DNA from: Styela clava
Lineage: Eukaryota
Direction: 5' to 3'
Assembly (NCBI RefSeq): GCF_964204865.1
Contig: NC_135261.1
Coordinates: forward strand, 6,448,001-6,512,000
DNA length: 64,000 nt
Below are positions 51,826-64,000 of this stretch, in pieces. Below the pieces are notes generated by a model. That model searched no databases. It was not told the DNA's origin and saw only the letters and a list, made by a program, of their open reading frames with translations. Each line of letters starts with the position of its first letter. The stretch's first letter is position 1. Made by a program: the position numbers and the translations under genes.

Positions 51826-54461
51826 TTTGTAGTGAGGACCGGCACAGGAGTATCGATTTACCATAATGGAGATATGACTTAGGTACCAACGATTTATATA
51901 TAGTGCTTCATTTTTTTTCTTGGCAACCATTGCTTTTTTTGTCAATTGCCGGGCAGCGCAATAACCTCGCGGTGAAAGTCCTAAGATACAAATGGCATCG
52001 CAGATTACACAAATCCCATGCGCCCTGCCCCACTCAGGGGGTAATAAATTGAGTAAACACTGCTGAAACCAAAAGGGTCAGGTCATTCTAAATAAATAGT
52101 AGCTACTCAAATATCATTAGAAGTCAGTAGTTGTTTGTACATGGCTTTGTTTTGAGTGAAAGGCTAGAGTAAGCGTCGTACTCAATGAAAATCCCATTTC
52201 CTGTTTCTTTATTTTAACAGAGAATGGCCCATATTAGTGAGAGTGTCCAATGTTGTAATAATTTTGCAACGTTAGTTAATTGTGAAATCATACATATTCT
52301 TTTGCTTCATTTTCAACAGCCATTATTCAATCCTGTCTTTGCATTTATAAAATTTTACTCGCTGCCACATACCCATTCAAGTTTCCCCCCTTATAATAAG
52401 CCCATACTCATTTTGTATCCGTGTTCGATACAAACAATATTTGGACTGTAAAAGAATATTTCTTATACCGCGCCACCTATATATTTGATTTGATTTTCTC
52501 TAATTTGATAGGTTAATTCGGGTCAAGAGTCGGTGTCCTGTTTCAAACAACATTAAGCGTCGAATTAAAATAAATCCAGCTTTCTTGGTTCCTATTTCCG
52601 CAGAATGATCGGGAATCGTTAGAGCACTTTTTTATTTATTTCAACGGCATTACACCATTTCACACCCACCCATGGCATATGTAATCGTATGATCCCAGAG
52701 CACATTACGTAAACAAAATATTTTTAATTGTTTTCATTTATATTTGAAGCGTGTTATTCAAATGTAAATATAAACAATCAATGCGTAATCAAGAAGTAAC
52801 CATGATTGAGAGAGTTTTTAAAAAACATTTGGGTCAACTTTTTGTGGAATTCTGCTTAGAATAAGCAGATACTTAATTGACATCCATGTTTGATACGTGA
52901 AATAATTGAAGTAAATGACAAATACTTATTGACCCCGCTATCCTTACGTTTGAATTGAATCAAATAATTCAATCGGGGTTAGGAATCGGTGACATCCTCA
53001 ACGTTGCATTTGTCACATATTCGCATATAAGGTCGAGGAGGTAACGCAAAGTATCAAATCTCAATATCATAATGAAAAAAAGAATCGACATGAATATCAG
53101 TGTTTTAAACCATATAGTCAACCATAGGTCAGTCGTTTGTATTCGATGGTGAAACGAGCGGCAAAAGTATTTTGTACCATCAACATTATTTTTAAAAGGT
53201 TATGCATAATCGTTTTAGACAATCGTTCAACTCATCATTCTATAGTTTTGTGTGAACATGAATTTAATGAAACAGTGATTAATACAGTGGATCTGGAGGT
53301 GGGAGGGTTAATAATGTACTGATTGTAAAAGATTTGAATATGCCAAAGTTTTTGAAATTAATGTTAACAGTACAAAATTATCTTGACACAGGTTTCAACA
53401 TCAAATACAATCGATTGACCTGTGGTTGACCATGTGGTTTAGTAAAATGATCTTCGTGTCGATTCTTTTCATTATAATATTGGAGCTTTATACTTTGTGT
53501 CACCTCTTCAACCTTATATGAGAATATGTGACAAATGCAACGCTGGGGATTCCCAGATTTATAACCCCGGTTGAATTATTTGACTCAATTCAAACGTAAG
53601 GTTGGCGGGTTCAAAAATAATTATTTGTCCTTCACCTCAATTATTTCTCGTATCAAACAGGAATGTTAAGTAAGTATCTGCCTATTCCACGTGGAATTCC
53701 ACCCGAACATTACTAAAATATCTTAACTATGGTTAGGGTTACTTCTTGATTATGCATTGATTGTTTTTATATACATTTGACACCCTTAAATATGAAGAAA
53801 AATATTAAAGAAATATATTGTTTGTGTAATGGCTCATGGCTATCACATATGTTTTTTGTGTGGGTGTAATAACGTTAAAAAAGTACTCTCACCGATTTTC
53901 AATCTTTATGGAGAAAATAAAGAGACGAAAAAGCTGGGATTTTTTTAATGCGACGCTTAAAGTTGTGTTAAGCATGTCACAGACTCTTGAACCTGATCAC
54001 TCATCAGTGACACCCTAATTAGAGGATATAAAATCGAATGTTTAACGACGTGGTATAAAAATATTTTTATCAGTCCAAATATTTTCTGTATCAAACAGGA
54101 ATATAAAATAAGTATCGACTCATTATAGCGGAAAATGTGAAAATGCGGCATCCTGTAAAATTTTATAAATGCAAAAACAGGCTCAAATAATGGCTACTGG
54201 AAATGACGCAAGAGAATATAGTTACAAATGTATGATTTCACAATTAACTAATGTTGCAAAAATATACAAATATTAAACACTCCACGATTCTGGGTCATTC
54301 TCTATCAAAATTTAAAAAAAACGAGAAATGTGATCAGCCCGGCAATTGACAAAAAAGGCACTCGTTGCCAAAAAAATGAAGCACTATATAATAAGCGTTG
54401 GTACCTAAGTCATACCTTCATTATCGTAAATCGATACTCTTGTGCTGGTTCTCACTACAAA
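51826..54461. promoter_or_regulatory. Divergent palindromic intergenic region c7/c8
   Basis: Colinear with 6582-9453; spacer at ~53226-53313; ~235-bp deletion in the c8 arm at ~54335. Confidence 0.7.
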
Positions 54462-56592
54462 ATGGGTTTGTTAGCATCCTTCATTCTTACGTTCCTATGC
54501 GTAGTTGAATGTTGCGCTCAAGAACATCGAAGTAATATTAGCATTATGACAATGAGTCCAGAGATCGAACCTGGCTCGGGAAATTCTGATAACAACATAA
54601 GTCTATCTAGTGAAATTGAAAACGTAACTTCAACAAAAATCGATCAATACGATATCAGAATCAAAGCGCTCGAACAGAAACTGGAAGAAATTGAGAGAGA
54701 GAAAGTAAAGAAGTGCTCGCCAACGTCATGTGAGTTTAAGAAAATATATCTGTTTGTAGGCTCTCTTACTATTTCTTCTAGTTTGCTTCACCTTTCTATG
54801 TTTATCAAATTGCAGATAAAATTATATAGTATCAGCATAGATTTAGGTTTTATTAAGAAATCGATGGTCTTTGTTGTAATCCCGATAAGTAAATTAAAGA
54901 AAGGATTTTATATTTAATTTCCAGATTTTATCAATCAAGGGGGTGGGTGGGATGTAGTCTGAAGATTATATTTGCCAAGTTAGATCGAAACAGCTAGGGG
55001 GTCCGGTAAAAAGCGTTTCAAGCTACGAAAAATTGATATGTATGATACAAAAAGATCATTTTTAATTTTTTTACATTTCAAAAATGGGGGGAGGGAAGGC
55101 CCCCAAAACCACCCCCTGGCTACGCTCTTCATGAGTCTAAAAATTGGTTTTATATTTAATGCTGATTTCATTATCCCAATTTTTAATATAAGACTTCTAG
55201 TATAAGATTTTCAGAGAGAGTTTTGAGAGAGTATATATTTTCAGTTTTAGACACCTGGGACATGGCATCTCTAATCATGGAAAAAGCTCGAGAAACGGCA
55301 ATAAATGGTAAAATATTTGATTGTTTTTAAATAATTACAGACTTGTAATAAATATTTAATTGATAAGGATAATTTCATGAACACAAGAAAGTCAATGTAT
55401 GTGATAATTTAGAAATACAAATACAACTCTGCTGATTGCGACCCTCACGTGTGGGAATTTCGTAAACTATAATAATTATTCTTTAGCTCCAAACGATTCT
55501 CAATGTCAAACAACATGTCGGCCAGGCAAGAAAGGCACTGAAGGTGCAAAAGGTGATATCGGATCACCAGGACAAAATGGCGCCACGGGACGTCAGGGAG
55601 CTAAAGGAGAAAGCGGAACACCATGTAATTGCTCACGATATGATGAGTTGGCACGCAAAGTTCAAATCCTCGGAGAAAAAGGTTAATATCTCAAATTGAT
55701 ACCCTTCTTATACTTTATTACATTATTTTATTTTAAAATCTAACGTTAATTGATTGTGTCGCAAGTGTTACATATGGCAAAAAATGGGGATTTGCATATA
55801 GCTCTCTTGATCTAAACGTCGATATGGGGCTTTGACTTTTTTAATGAATACAAATTTAAGGCAATTATAAAGCTTTTATATAATTCTATATTTTTTTTTA
55901 ATTTTAGCTCGAGAATTACAACCCTTAGCAGATGGTTGGTATCGTGTTCCCAGTTACCCATATTGGTACAAATTGTTCAGAGTATCGTCAAGCTATCAAA
56001 CAGCCAGAAAAAATTGCGAACTCATGGGTGGCCGATTAGCAGCGAATGGTATTCGTAATCCAACTATTCGCAGGTAATTTGCATATTACAATGATTATAG
56101 CATTTTCATTTAATCTTTCGGCTCAACACATTTAGAAATGGATACTATTCTAAAAAAATGAAAAAAATAAGCAATGGGTGCTAGCAATTAAATGTTTTAT
56201 TTTCATTTGTCGTTTTCAATAAAATAAAGAATGTTAGAAATTTAAAATCGTAAAAAAAATACACTAAACTAATTATTTGTAAATTTTAAATCATAACATT
56301 GTAGGTCCCAATTCATCTTTAATGTGTTTAAAATAATATTATTTTTAGCGATCTTCTCGACACGTTCATCAGAAGAACAGGAACTTCGATCTGGATAGGA
56401 CTTGACGACCTCGAGAAACAGGACAACTGGAAATGGTCGGACGGAGTTTCATCAACTTCTTCTAATACACCATGGGGTGAAGGAGAACCAAATGGTCCAA
56501 CTGAAACATGTGGTTGTATGTGGAGTACCCTACAGTACAGATTAGCAGATATCCGTTGTAATTATCAAACATTCTACCTTTGTGAGAAATAA
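54462..56592 (+). CDS. Collectin-like protein c8 (EPN motif)
   Basis: Exons 54462-54729, 55245-55307, 55487-55681, 55908-56073 and 56349-56592 splice in frame. Ends GEPNGPTETCGCMWSTLQYRLADIRCNYQTFYLCEK. Confidence 0.9.
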
Positions 56593-57038
56593 TTAAAAGA
56601 TCCCTTCTGTTTTACTTATAATTAATTTAATTATTATTCAAAAAATTGAATCGATCTTGATCTTGAGTTTTCTGAGAATGGCGCCGTTTGAATTTCGCAC
56701 CTTCGTCAATTTTTATCGGATAATTTTTAAGTAAATTTTATGGTTAATACATGAAATAAAATGCAAGTTGCTTTGTTCGGGCCGCTTTTTTGAGCCTGAA
56801 TTTCTTTCAGAAAATTATTATTATTAGCCTGGAACATCTATAGTATTTGTATATCTTGTTATAAATTGATTGCCATGACGGCTATAGCTTATCTAAAATG
56901 GCGGCATACTTATGTTATGGCGGCTATAGCAAGTGGAATAAAAAACTTTAGCCTGTCGGCTGTAAAGTTATCCTTGGTTTGTGTTTTCTTGCAGTAAAAT
57001 ATTGTTATTGTTGATAAAGGACTTTATAAACTCACAAG

Positions 57039-57885
57039 TAGGGTTGTGAGTTTCGAATATATTTTTTTTTCGAGTTGAATTTCGAATCACAAAGTTCCGA
57101 TTCGAATATTTCCGCATCTGATTCTATTTAGTATATCATTGTATCATCGTTAACTATCTTCAAATTTGGTATAATTATCCTATAAATTTTGATAAAATAA
57201 CAATAATGAGCTTGAAGAATGAAGAAAGTTACTAGAAAACACAATGCGTGCATGTATCAACTACCAAATATATTACGGCTAAAATAATTTTTTTGTTACA
57301 TAAAGGTATACTAATTACTAAGGTACATATTTACTTACATACATATATGTTTGCAAAAATACAGGGTGTATAGTGAATGTTTCTTCCAAAATTGACCTTC
57401 AAAATTCATCCAATGATAAACGCTAGTTAGTAGGCCTACCGTATGCGCCATGATTTTTAAATAAGCAAGGGTAACGTGGGAAGCATCGCAGACATGTTTA
57501 TAAGAAAGAAAACAGTGATTTTTTATTATAATCATATTATGGTAGATAATTTGAAGAAACGTTTATATATTAAAATATTTGCGAAACTTCATAACATTTC
57601 GAGTAGTCGATCAAAATTGGGCAAAACCATTGGTCCCTCGAAAGATGCTACCAAAATAAAATATAACGACACTGGGAGTGTCACGGCTTTGGAAAGCTGT
57701 AAACGTAAGGAAAACGAACGCTTTTGGTCGATTTCAAAGCAGCGCCGCTTTGTCGTGCATTTGCCTTTGTTATATAAAAAAAATTTAAATAGAATCAAGC
57801 CCTTTTTTCTAAATTGCTCCGAATCGATTCGAATTGATATTGATTCGAATCGCTTCGATTCGAAATTCTGAAACTTACAATCCTA
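57039..57885. mobile_element. TAGGG-ended non-autonomous hAT element
   Basis: TAGGGTTGTGAGTTTC...GAAACTTACAATCCTA; perfect 8-bp TSD CTCACAAG; TTCGAAT subterminal repeats. Confidence 0.8.
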
Positions 57886-59528
57886 CTCACAAGACTCTGT
57901 CTCTAATATTTATTCTGTATTAATATGTTATTTGGTTTAAAGGATTTTGCATTGTATATACGTGTATATGCTGGGTTATTATGGAAAATGAATACGAATA
58001 AATCATTTGCTTTGTATTTATTTAATTTAAACGAAAGTTTCAAATAATCATCTCAAAGAAGTATGTTTCTTCTAATTTGATTCACTAGTGCAATCTTATA
58101 AGTTCAGTACCTCAGCATGTCAGCAAATTTTCAACCAATATTTCGCCAGGCTATGTATGAATACGTAGCACAGCATATTATACTTCAATCAGGTATGGTT
58201 AAATCATACCCAGGCAAGCCTCGGGTGAACAAAATCAAATCAAGGTATTGCAGTCTTTTCCACTCATAAAAACCTCGCTTAAGTCGTGCACAAACAAACT
58301 CGCATTACGCATCCGGAAACAATCTCGGACTTTGATAAAATCGAGAGTAGATGACAGACTTGGGCGTCGGATAATCTCGATGCAGTGATTGAAGTTCCTA
58401 TTTGCCCAATGCTCAAGTTGTAGTGTTTGCTCAATTTGCAATATAAAACTTGCAGGCACGGACATTTTAACTTAAATTAAAGTCGCAAAAAGAGTTGTTA
58501 CAATCAGAAGATATTTGGTTAACTCCGATAGTGATAAAGAAACCACTCAGGTTGTGTACCAGGTTATACCAGGTTAGGGTGCAGGATGTGTCGCATCTTG
58601 GTGCGCACACTTCAAGAGTACCGAATTATATTTCGGAAGAAATCAATCGGTCTATTCTGTAGGTGACTTTCCGCATCCTGTTTACGTCGTACATGTATCT
58701 AACATGTATGTACATGTATTTTGCCGTAACTGTATCTTTCTGAGTGCCAGCAATTACAAGGTAGTGTACATAAATAGTACACGGGAAAAGTAATGTTTGG
58801 CCTACTTTCTCAATATGACCTCCAAGAGTGCGACGTCGGGGAAAATGCGAGAACCGATACGCCCACGCAAAATCCCAACACGATAATAAGGGATTTATTA
58901 CCTTTTTATCGTTGACAGTAAGTCGTTCCCATTTAACGACAGTCGCAGATAGAATTAGATATGAATTCTTACTAACTTATATGTAAGGTTTGATTGAAAC
59001 GGAGTAAATGCATTCTTTCTTCTCTGCGACGCGTTTGATAAGTTACGATGATATTTCTTCAGCATCTTGTCGCCGTTGATGAAGTAATAACTCGTTTTCT
59101 CTTACTGGACTCCTAGTTGAAATCAAGCATCGTCGCCCTAATGGAACAAGATACATAAAGAGAATAAATACCGTTGTGAGGGGCTAAATACCACGTCACG
59201 CTTATCAGCGACTTTTTCGGTAAAAATGTAGCTTCGAGCCTGACTCGAGAAATTCTGTTAACGACGGAAGCCTATCTAGTGCAATTGAAAATGTAACTTC
59301 AACAAAAATCGATCAATACGATTTCAGAATCAAAGCTTTGGAACAGAAACTGGAAGAAATTGAGAGAGAAAAATTAAAGAAGTGCTCGCTAACGTCGTGT
59401 GAGTTTAGAAAAATATATCTGTTTCTTGATTCTATTCCGATCTTTGCAATAATTTAACTTTGATTTAAAATATATAATATCAGCATAGATTTTCGTCTCA
59501 TTCTAAGCCAATGTTGTTAGTTCTGAAC

Positions 59529-59854
59529 CAGGGATGTGCAACAGGCGGCTCGCCGAACCATTTAGTGTGGCTCTAGTCAACACTCAAATATTTATCCATC
59601 AAGAATAATATCCTAATCCGACAGTTTATGTTGAAAACGATGCTTACATGGATATAAACACATAATGTTCTTGCTTTTGTCGCTGCGTTAAATATTTCGC
59701 CGTTTTGCCCGGTGTATTTATTACCAATTACTTTAGGGCTGAGCGATAGTCGCATTATCATTTCTTGCCTTTCTCGCTTAATTTTTTGTGTGGCTCGGCG
59801 ATATGTCTGAAGTTGGTTATTATGGCCCGCCGATAAAAATGTAACACATCCCTA
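59529..59854. mobile_element. hAT MITE in c9 intron 1 (related partial copy at ~61697-61959)
   Basis: CAGGGATGTG...CACATCCCTA; TSD TTCTGAAC/TTCTAAAC. Confidence 0.7.
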
Positions 59855-62238
59855 TTCTAAACCAAGAAAATCAAAAAGAAGTTAGATCTGAATGCCAGAT
59901 TGTATCACAAGTTTTATCGCGAGTTTTGAGTACAAAGTATTCCTTTTATATTTATTGCGATATTCAATTATTACTATTTGGATTTTCAGCTTCATGATTT
60001 AAGGGATTCTCTTTACAGTTTTAGAAACCTGGGACATGGCATCTTTAATTGTGGAAAAAGCTCGAGAAACAACACTGAATGGTAAAATTATTGATTTTTT
60101 AATAAACAATTGCTGACTTGTATTAAATAGTTAAAATCATAATTGCATGATATCAGAAAGTCAATATAAGCGACACATTAGAAATACAAATACAACTCTG
60201 CTAAATGCAACACTCACGTGTAAGAATTTTGTAAACTAAAATATTTATTCTCCAGTTCCAAATGATTCTCAATGTCAAACAACATGTCGGCCAGGCAAGA
60301 AAGGCCCCGAAGGTACAAAAGGTGATATCGGACGACCAGGACAAAATGGCGCCACAGGACTTCAGGGAGCTAAAGGAGAAAGCGGAACATCGTGTAAATG
60401 CTCACAATATAATGAGTTGGCACATCAAGTTCAATTCCTCAAACAAAAAGGTGACTAGCACAAATCCATATCATTCTTTAAGGTACTCCCGTAGTATTTG
60501 AACTAAGATGGCGGACACCGGAACGTAGTATGTGTACCAGGTTATGGTTAGGCCTTAATTTCAGGTACAAATACTGCGAGAGTCACTTGGCTGAACCCCG
60601 AACTCGTAATAGAACTAAAATAAGGAAAATTGAAAAAAAAAACTAATCCTAAACTTGTACACATACTATGTTCAGGTGTCCGCCATATTGTGCCTCACAT
60701 GTTGTAAGCGGGCAAGAATTATTGATTTTTAATTGCTGTTTAGATCTAAAAGTCAATACTGTAGAGTCAGACCTATGGATCGTTGATATGTTGTTATTTT
60801 CTTGGTAATTTTTTTTCTTATCTTTATGAAAAAATCGCTTATCCCTGTAATTACTGGACCCATTGCTTTAACATTTTCGGTAGTTAAAGATTGTAATTTT
60901 GACGAAAAAACTATTACTTTCATTTATGCGCTTCCTGTCTCTATGTTCGAGCATAGCTCTTATGTAATTTTCAAAGCATAAGCAATTATCAAGCACTTTT
61001 ATATTTGTACTCATTTATTTTCAGCTCACGACTTACAACTCGTAGCGGAAGATTGGTATCGCGTTCCCGATTTTCTATTTTCGTACATAGTAGTCAAAGT
61101 ACCGTCAGACTATCAAACTGCCGGGAAACACTGCGAACGCATGGGTGGCCGATTAGCAGAAAATGATATACGGAGTGCAGCTATTCACAGGTAATATAAC
61201 ATTGGGATTTTTTGTACAAGGCCAAAAAACTCACAAATTTTTGCATTAATGGGGGGGGGGGGGGGGGGCTTTGTACAAATATTCCCAATATTGTATATTA
61301 CAAAGATAGTAGTATTGTATTGACATTTAGTCATTTGGCTCAACGAATATATAAACATCAATACTATTAAAAAAAAACTTTGACAATCGCATGTATCCCA
61401 CGGGAAAGCTGAGATGCTTCAATGTCGCTACCCTCATGTGTTTCTTCGTATAGGGTATAAAAGTTATGTTGTTTCTGGCTTATTTTGTCACGTAGAACGA
61501 GCGGACACCGGAGCGAAGCATGTGTACCAGGCTAGATTTAGGCAGGCATAATTTCAGGTACAGATACTACGGGAGTCACTTGAACTCGTAATGGAACTAA
61601 ATAGGAAAAATTGGAATAAAATTATGGTCTAACCCTAACCTGGTACTCATACTACGTTCAGGTGTCGGCCATTTTGTTTCACATACTTCGGGAGAGTCCA
61701 TATTTTTTGCCAGCAAGTATATAACCTCGATCCTACAGTTTATATTTGAAAAGGCACCCACGTGGATAAAAACACGTAATATTTCTTGCTCTTGTCGCCA
61801 CGTAAAATCTTCCACCGTTTTGCGCGGTGCTTTTATTACTGTAACGCTAAGCGATAGCCACATCCTCTTCATTTACTTTTCCCGCTAATTTTTGTGTGCT
61901 TCAGCTAAATGCCTGAAGTTGGTCATATGATCCACCGATAAAAATGTTGCACACCACTGGCTTATTTCTCTTACTTTTATTTTTATTTCGCATTTTATTC
62001 AATGCCTTAAAAAATAATAGGCCAAATTCCATTACTCCGATTTTAAAATTTTCCGGTTTTATTATTGGACTAAATTATATTGACTATGTTTGAAATATGA
62101 TAAATATTATTTTCAGCGATCTTCTTGACAACTTTATCAGAAGTGCAGGAACTTTTATCTGGATCGGACTTGACGACCTTGAGGAACAAAACAACTGGAA
62201 ATGGTCGGACGGAGTTTCGTCAACTTCTTCTAATACAC

Positions 62239-62848
62239 CAGGGGTGGCCAACCTATGGCGCATGCGCCAAACGTGGGGCATTGCATGATTAGAGGTGGCG
62301 CATTGCATCTTTAACTCTTTTCATGCCAAAATTGTTAATTGCACTTGGCTTCTCCACACCAAGCCGTTTTTTTTTGCAATATACATGGTGACTTTTGATT
62401 GTACCTAAAATCTATTCTCCTTACTCCACTTCGCCCACTTACGGCTTGTTGGAATTAGAAACAACAGGCGATTATCGACGTTAGCTTTTGGACGGACTTT
62501 ATGACATTCATCCTATACTTTTAGCAAAAATTAGTCTCAGTAACAACATTAACTCCAAGAATAAAAAAAACTGGCGAAAGTAAAACAGCAGCAAAAGTCT
62601 CATAAAGGCGGTACTTAAACAAAATTGATCAATTTTATTTATTATACTTCCTTGCTCAATTTCTATTCATGTGAAGTTGTAAATTGTAAAAACTACATAT
62701 ACGTGTGTATATATGTGTGTGTATTATAAATTTATATAATTTCAACAAGAAGCGGACATTAGGCGTGGGAATACAAGAGATTTACGGCGCATCTGAAACA
62801 TTATGTTTAAAACGTGGCGCATGGTATGTGAAAGGTTGGCCACCCCTG
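62239..62848. mobile_element. hAT MITE inserted in the c9 CRD exon
   Basis: Perfect TIR CAGGGGTGGCCAACCT...AGGTTGGCCACCCCTG; perfect 8-bp TSD TAATACAC. Removal restores NTPWSEGEPN. Confidence 0.92.
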
Positions 62849-64000
62849 TAATACACCATGGAGTGAAGGAGAACCAAATCGCCAAGATGAACGATGTGCT
62901 TGCATGTTTGGACTTGTGCAGTACAAAGTAATAGATATCGAATGTATTTACCAAGCATTCTACCTTTGTGAGAAATACGGTAATTGAAAACCCCTAGTTT
63001 TCCTCCTAGTTAAAGGGGATAATATTCAGAAAGTTGTATCGATGTTTATCTTTTTGCGAACGACGTAAGTTGTATGTTTACTACATGAAATCAAATACAC
63101 AAACTTTCCTTTTTTCTGAAAATTGTTATCAACTGCCTCGGTCGGCTAGCACCTGTATAACTAGTGATAGAAATAATAGATTATTGCTTATTTTGTCCTG
63201 GTTTTCGACTTTATGGCAGCGACAACTTGTGGGCTATGTGACTTGTTGCTTATTTTGTGCTTGCGTGCATATAGATTATCGAAAGTGACGGAAAACCTAG
63301 TTTCTATGGCGACCATCGGCTATGACAATTAGATCTTGTTAGAAATCGAGGCTGCAGCGATTATAAATTGTTGCTAATAACGACTCGGGCCTGTCGACTA
63401 TACAGTAATCGTTGGATTGCGATTGCATAGTCTTTTATTCACCACAGTAAAAAATTATTATCATTGGTTAATGATCAAAAATAAATATTATTATCTGACG
63501 TAGGGATGGATTATTCACTTCAAGTTCAATATTTTCCACATTTTAATCCGCATAATCAATCAATTGGCTAAGTAAGCCATTTTCCAATGCGACTAAGATT
63601 AACATGTTCCCAAAGTCATGCTAAAATCAAGCAGCATCTTTGATGCAAAGTGCTAGTATTTTTTCAACTTCAATTCCCCGAGACCGCATACCAAAGTGGC
63701 ATCGAAATAGCTATTTCAATTCCGGGATTTTGGTAATTCTAATTTTGCTGACTGTTTCCATTTCCAAAAGCACTAGCACAATCATACACCACAAATTCAA
63801 ATCATCTCAATGTCACATTTCCCATTTATCGCCTTTTTCAGCGATCGCGAAACAATAAGAATTAAATTTTAGTTCGGATGCAATTAACAACCACAACAAC
63901 CACAACATATTTACACCGGACTAATTATTGTGTAGCTAAGAGAGATAAGATTTTTTTGTCCACCAGTCAGTTACTCGTCTTTAGTTAGCTACGTCCGTCC

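Larger units (their letters stand above)
59234..62987 (+). pseudogene. Collectin-like pseudogene c9 (no promoter or signal peptide; CRD exon split by a MITE)
   Basis: Exon 1 remnant ~59234-59398 with an upstream in-frame TAA and no ATG. Exons 60019-60081, 60256-60450, 61025-61190, and 62117-62987 interrupted at 62239-62848. Confidence 0.85.

Noticed and set aside
58000-59230. Possible exon(s) of an unrelated gene upstream of c9
   Set aside because: No recognisable domain or convincing splice-site pair; left unannotated pending a BLASTX search.
2489-62987. Diversity-generating retroelement (variable C-terminal C-type lectin segments with reverse transcriptases nearby)
   Set aside because: There is no intronless template repeat, substitutions are not adenine-restricted, the genes are spliced, and both RTs belong to ordinary Gypsy and RLE-LINE insertions with their own TSDs.

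Overview
AT-rich, intron-containing animal DNA; a marine invertebrate chordate such as a tunicate is plausible but is only an inference. The window is almost entirely a cluster of ten paralogous five-exon collectin-like genes, c0-c9 (c0 is cut by the window edge, c9 is a pseudogene). Each encodes signal peptide, N-glycosylated spacer, coiled coil, CxxxC, 11 Gly-X-Y triplets starting PGKKGP, CxC, neck coil and a C-type lectin domain (CRD). c0-c8 alternate in orientation. Head-to-head pairs share ~2.5-2.9 kb imperfect palindromic promoter regions (5.8 kb for c5/c6 after insertions), tail-to-tail pairs always combine an A-type and a B-type CRD, and c0-c3 mirror c4-c7 about an axis near 20.6 kb. 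The CRD framework is nearly invariant, but the sugar-binding loop and last strands differ in every copy and look like a patchwork. This suggests a diversified, conversion-shuffled innate-immune lectin repertoire. Mobile elements include a full-length Mag-like Gypsy element (34-nt tRNA-Ser PBS) carrying a nested piggyBac-like element with non-TTAA flanks, a Helentron/DINE-1-like element carrying an R4/Dong-like LINE in its TTA microsatellite, and many hAT and Merlin-like MITEs. All alignments and splice models were made by eye.
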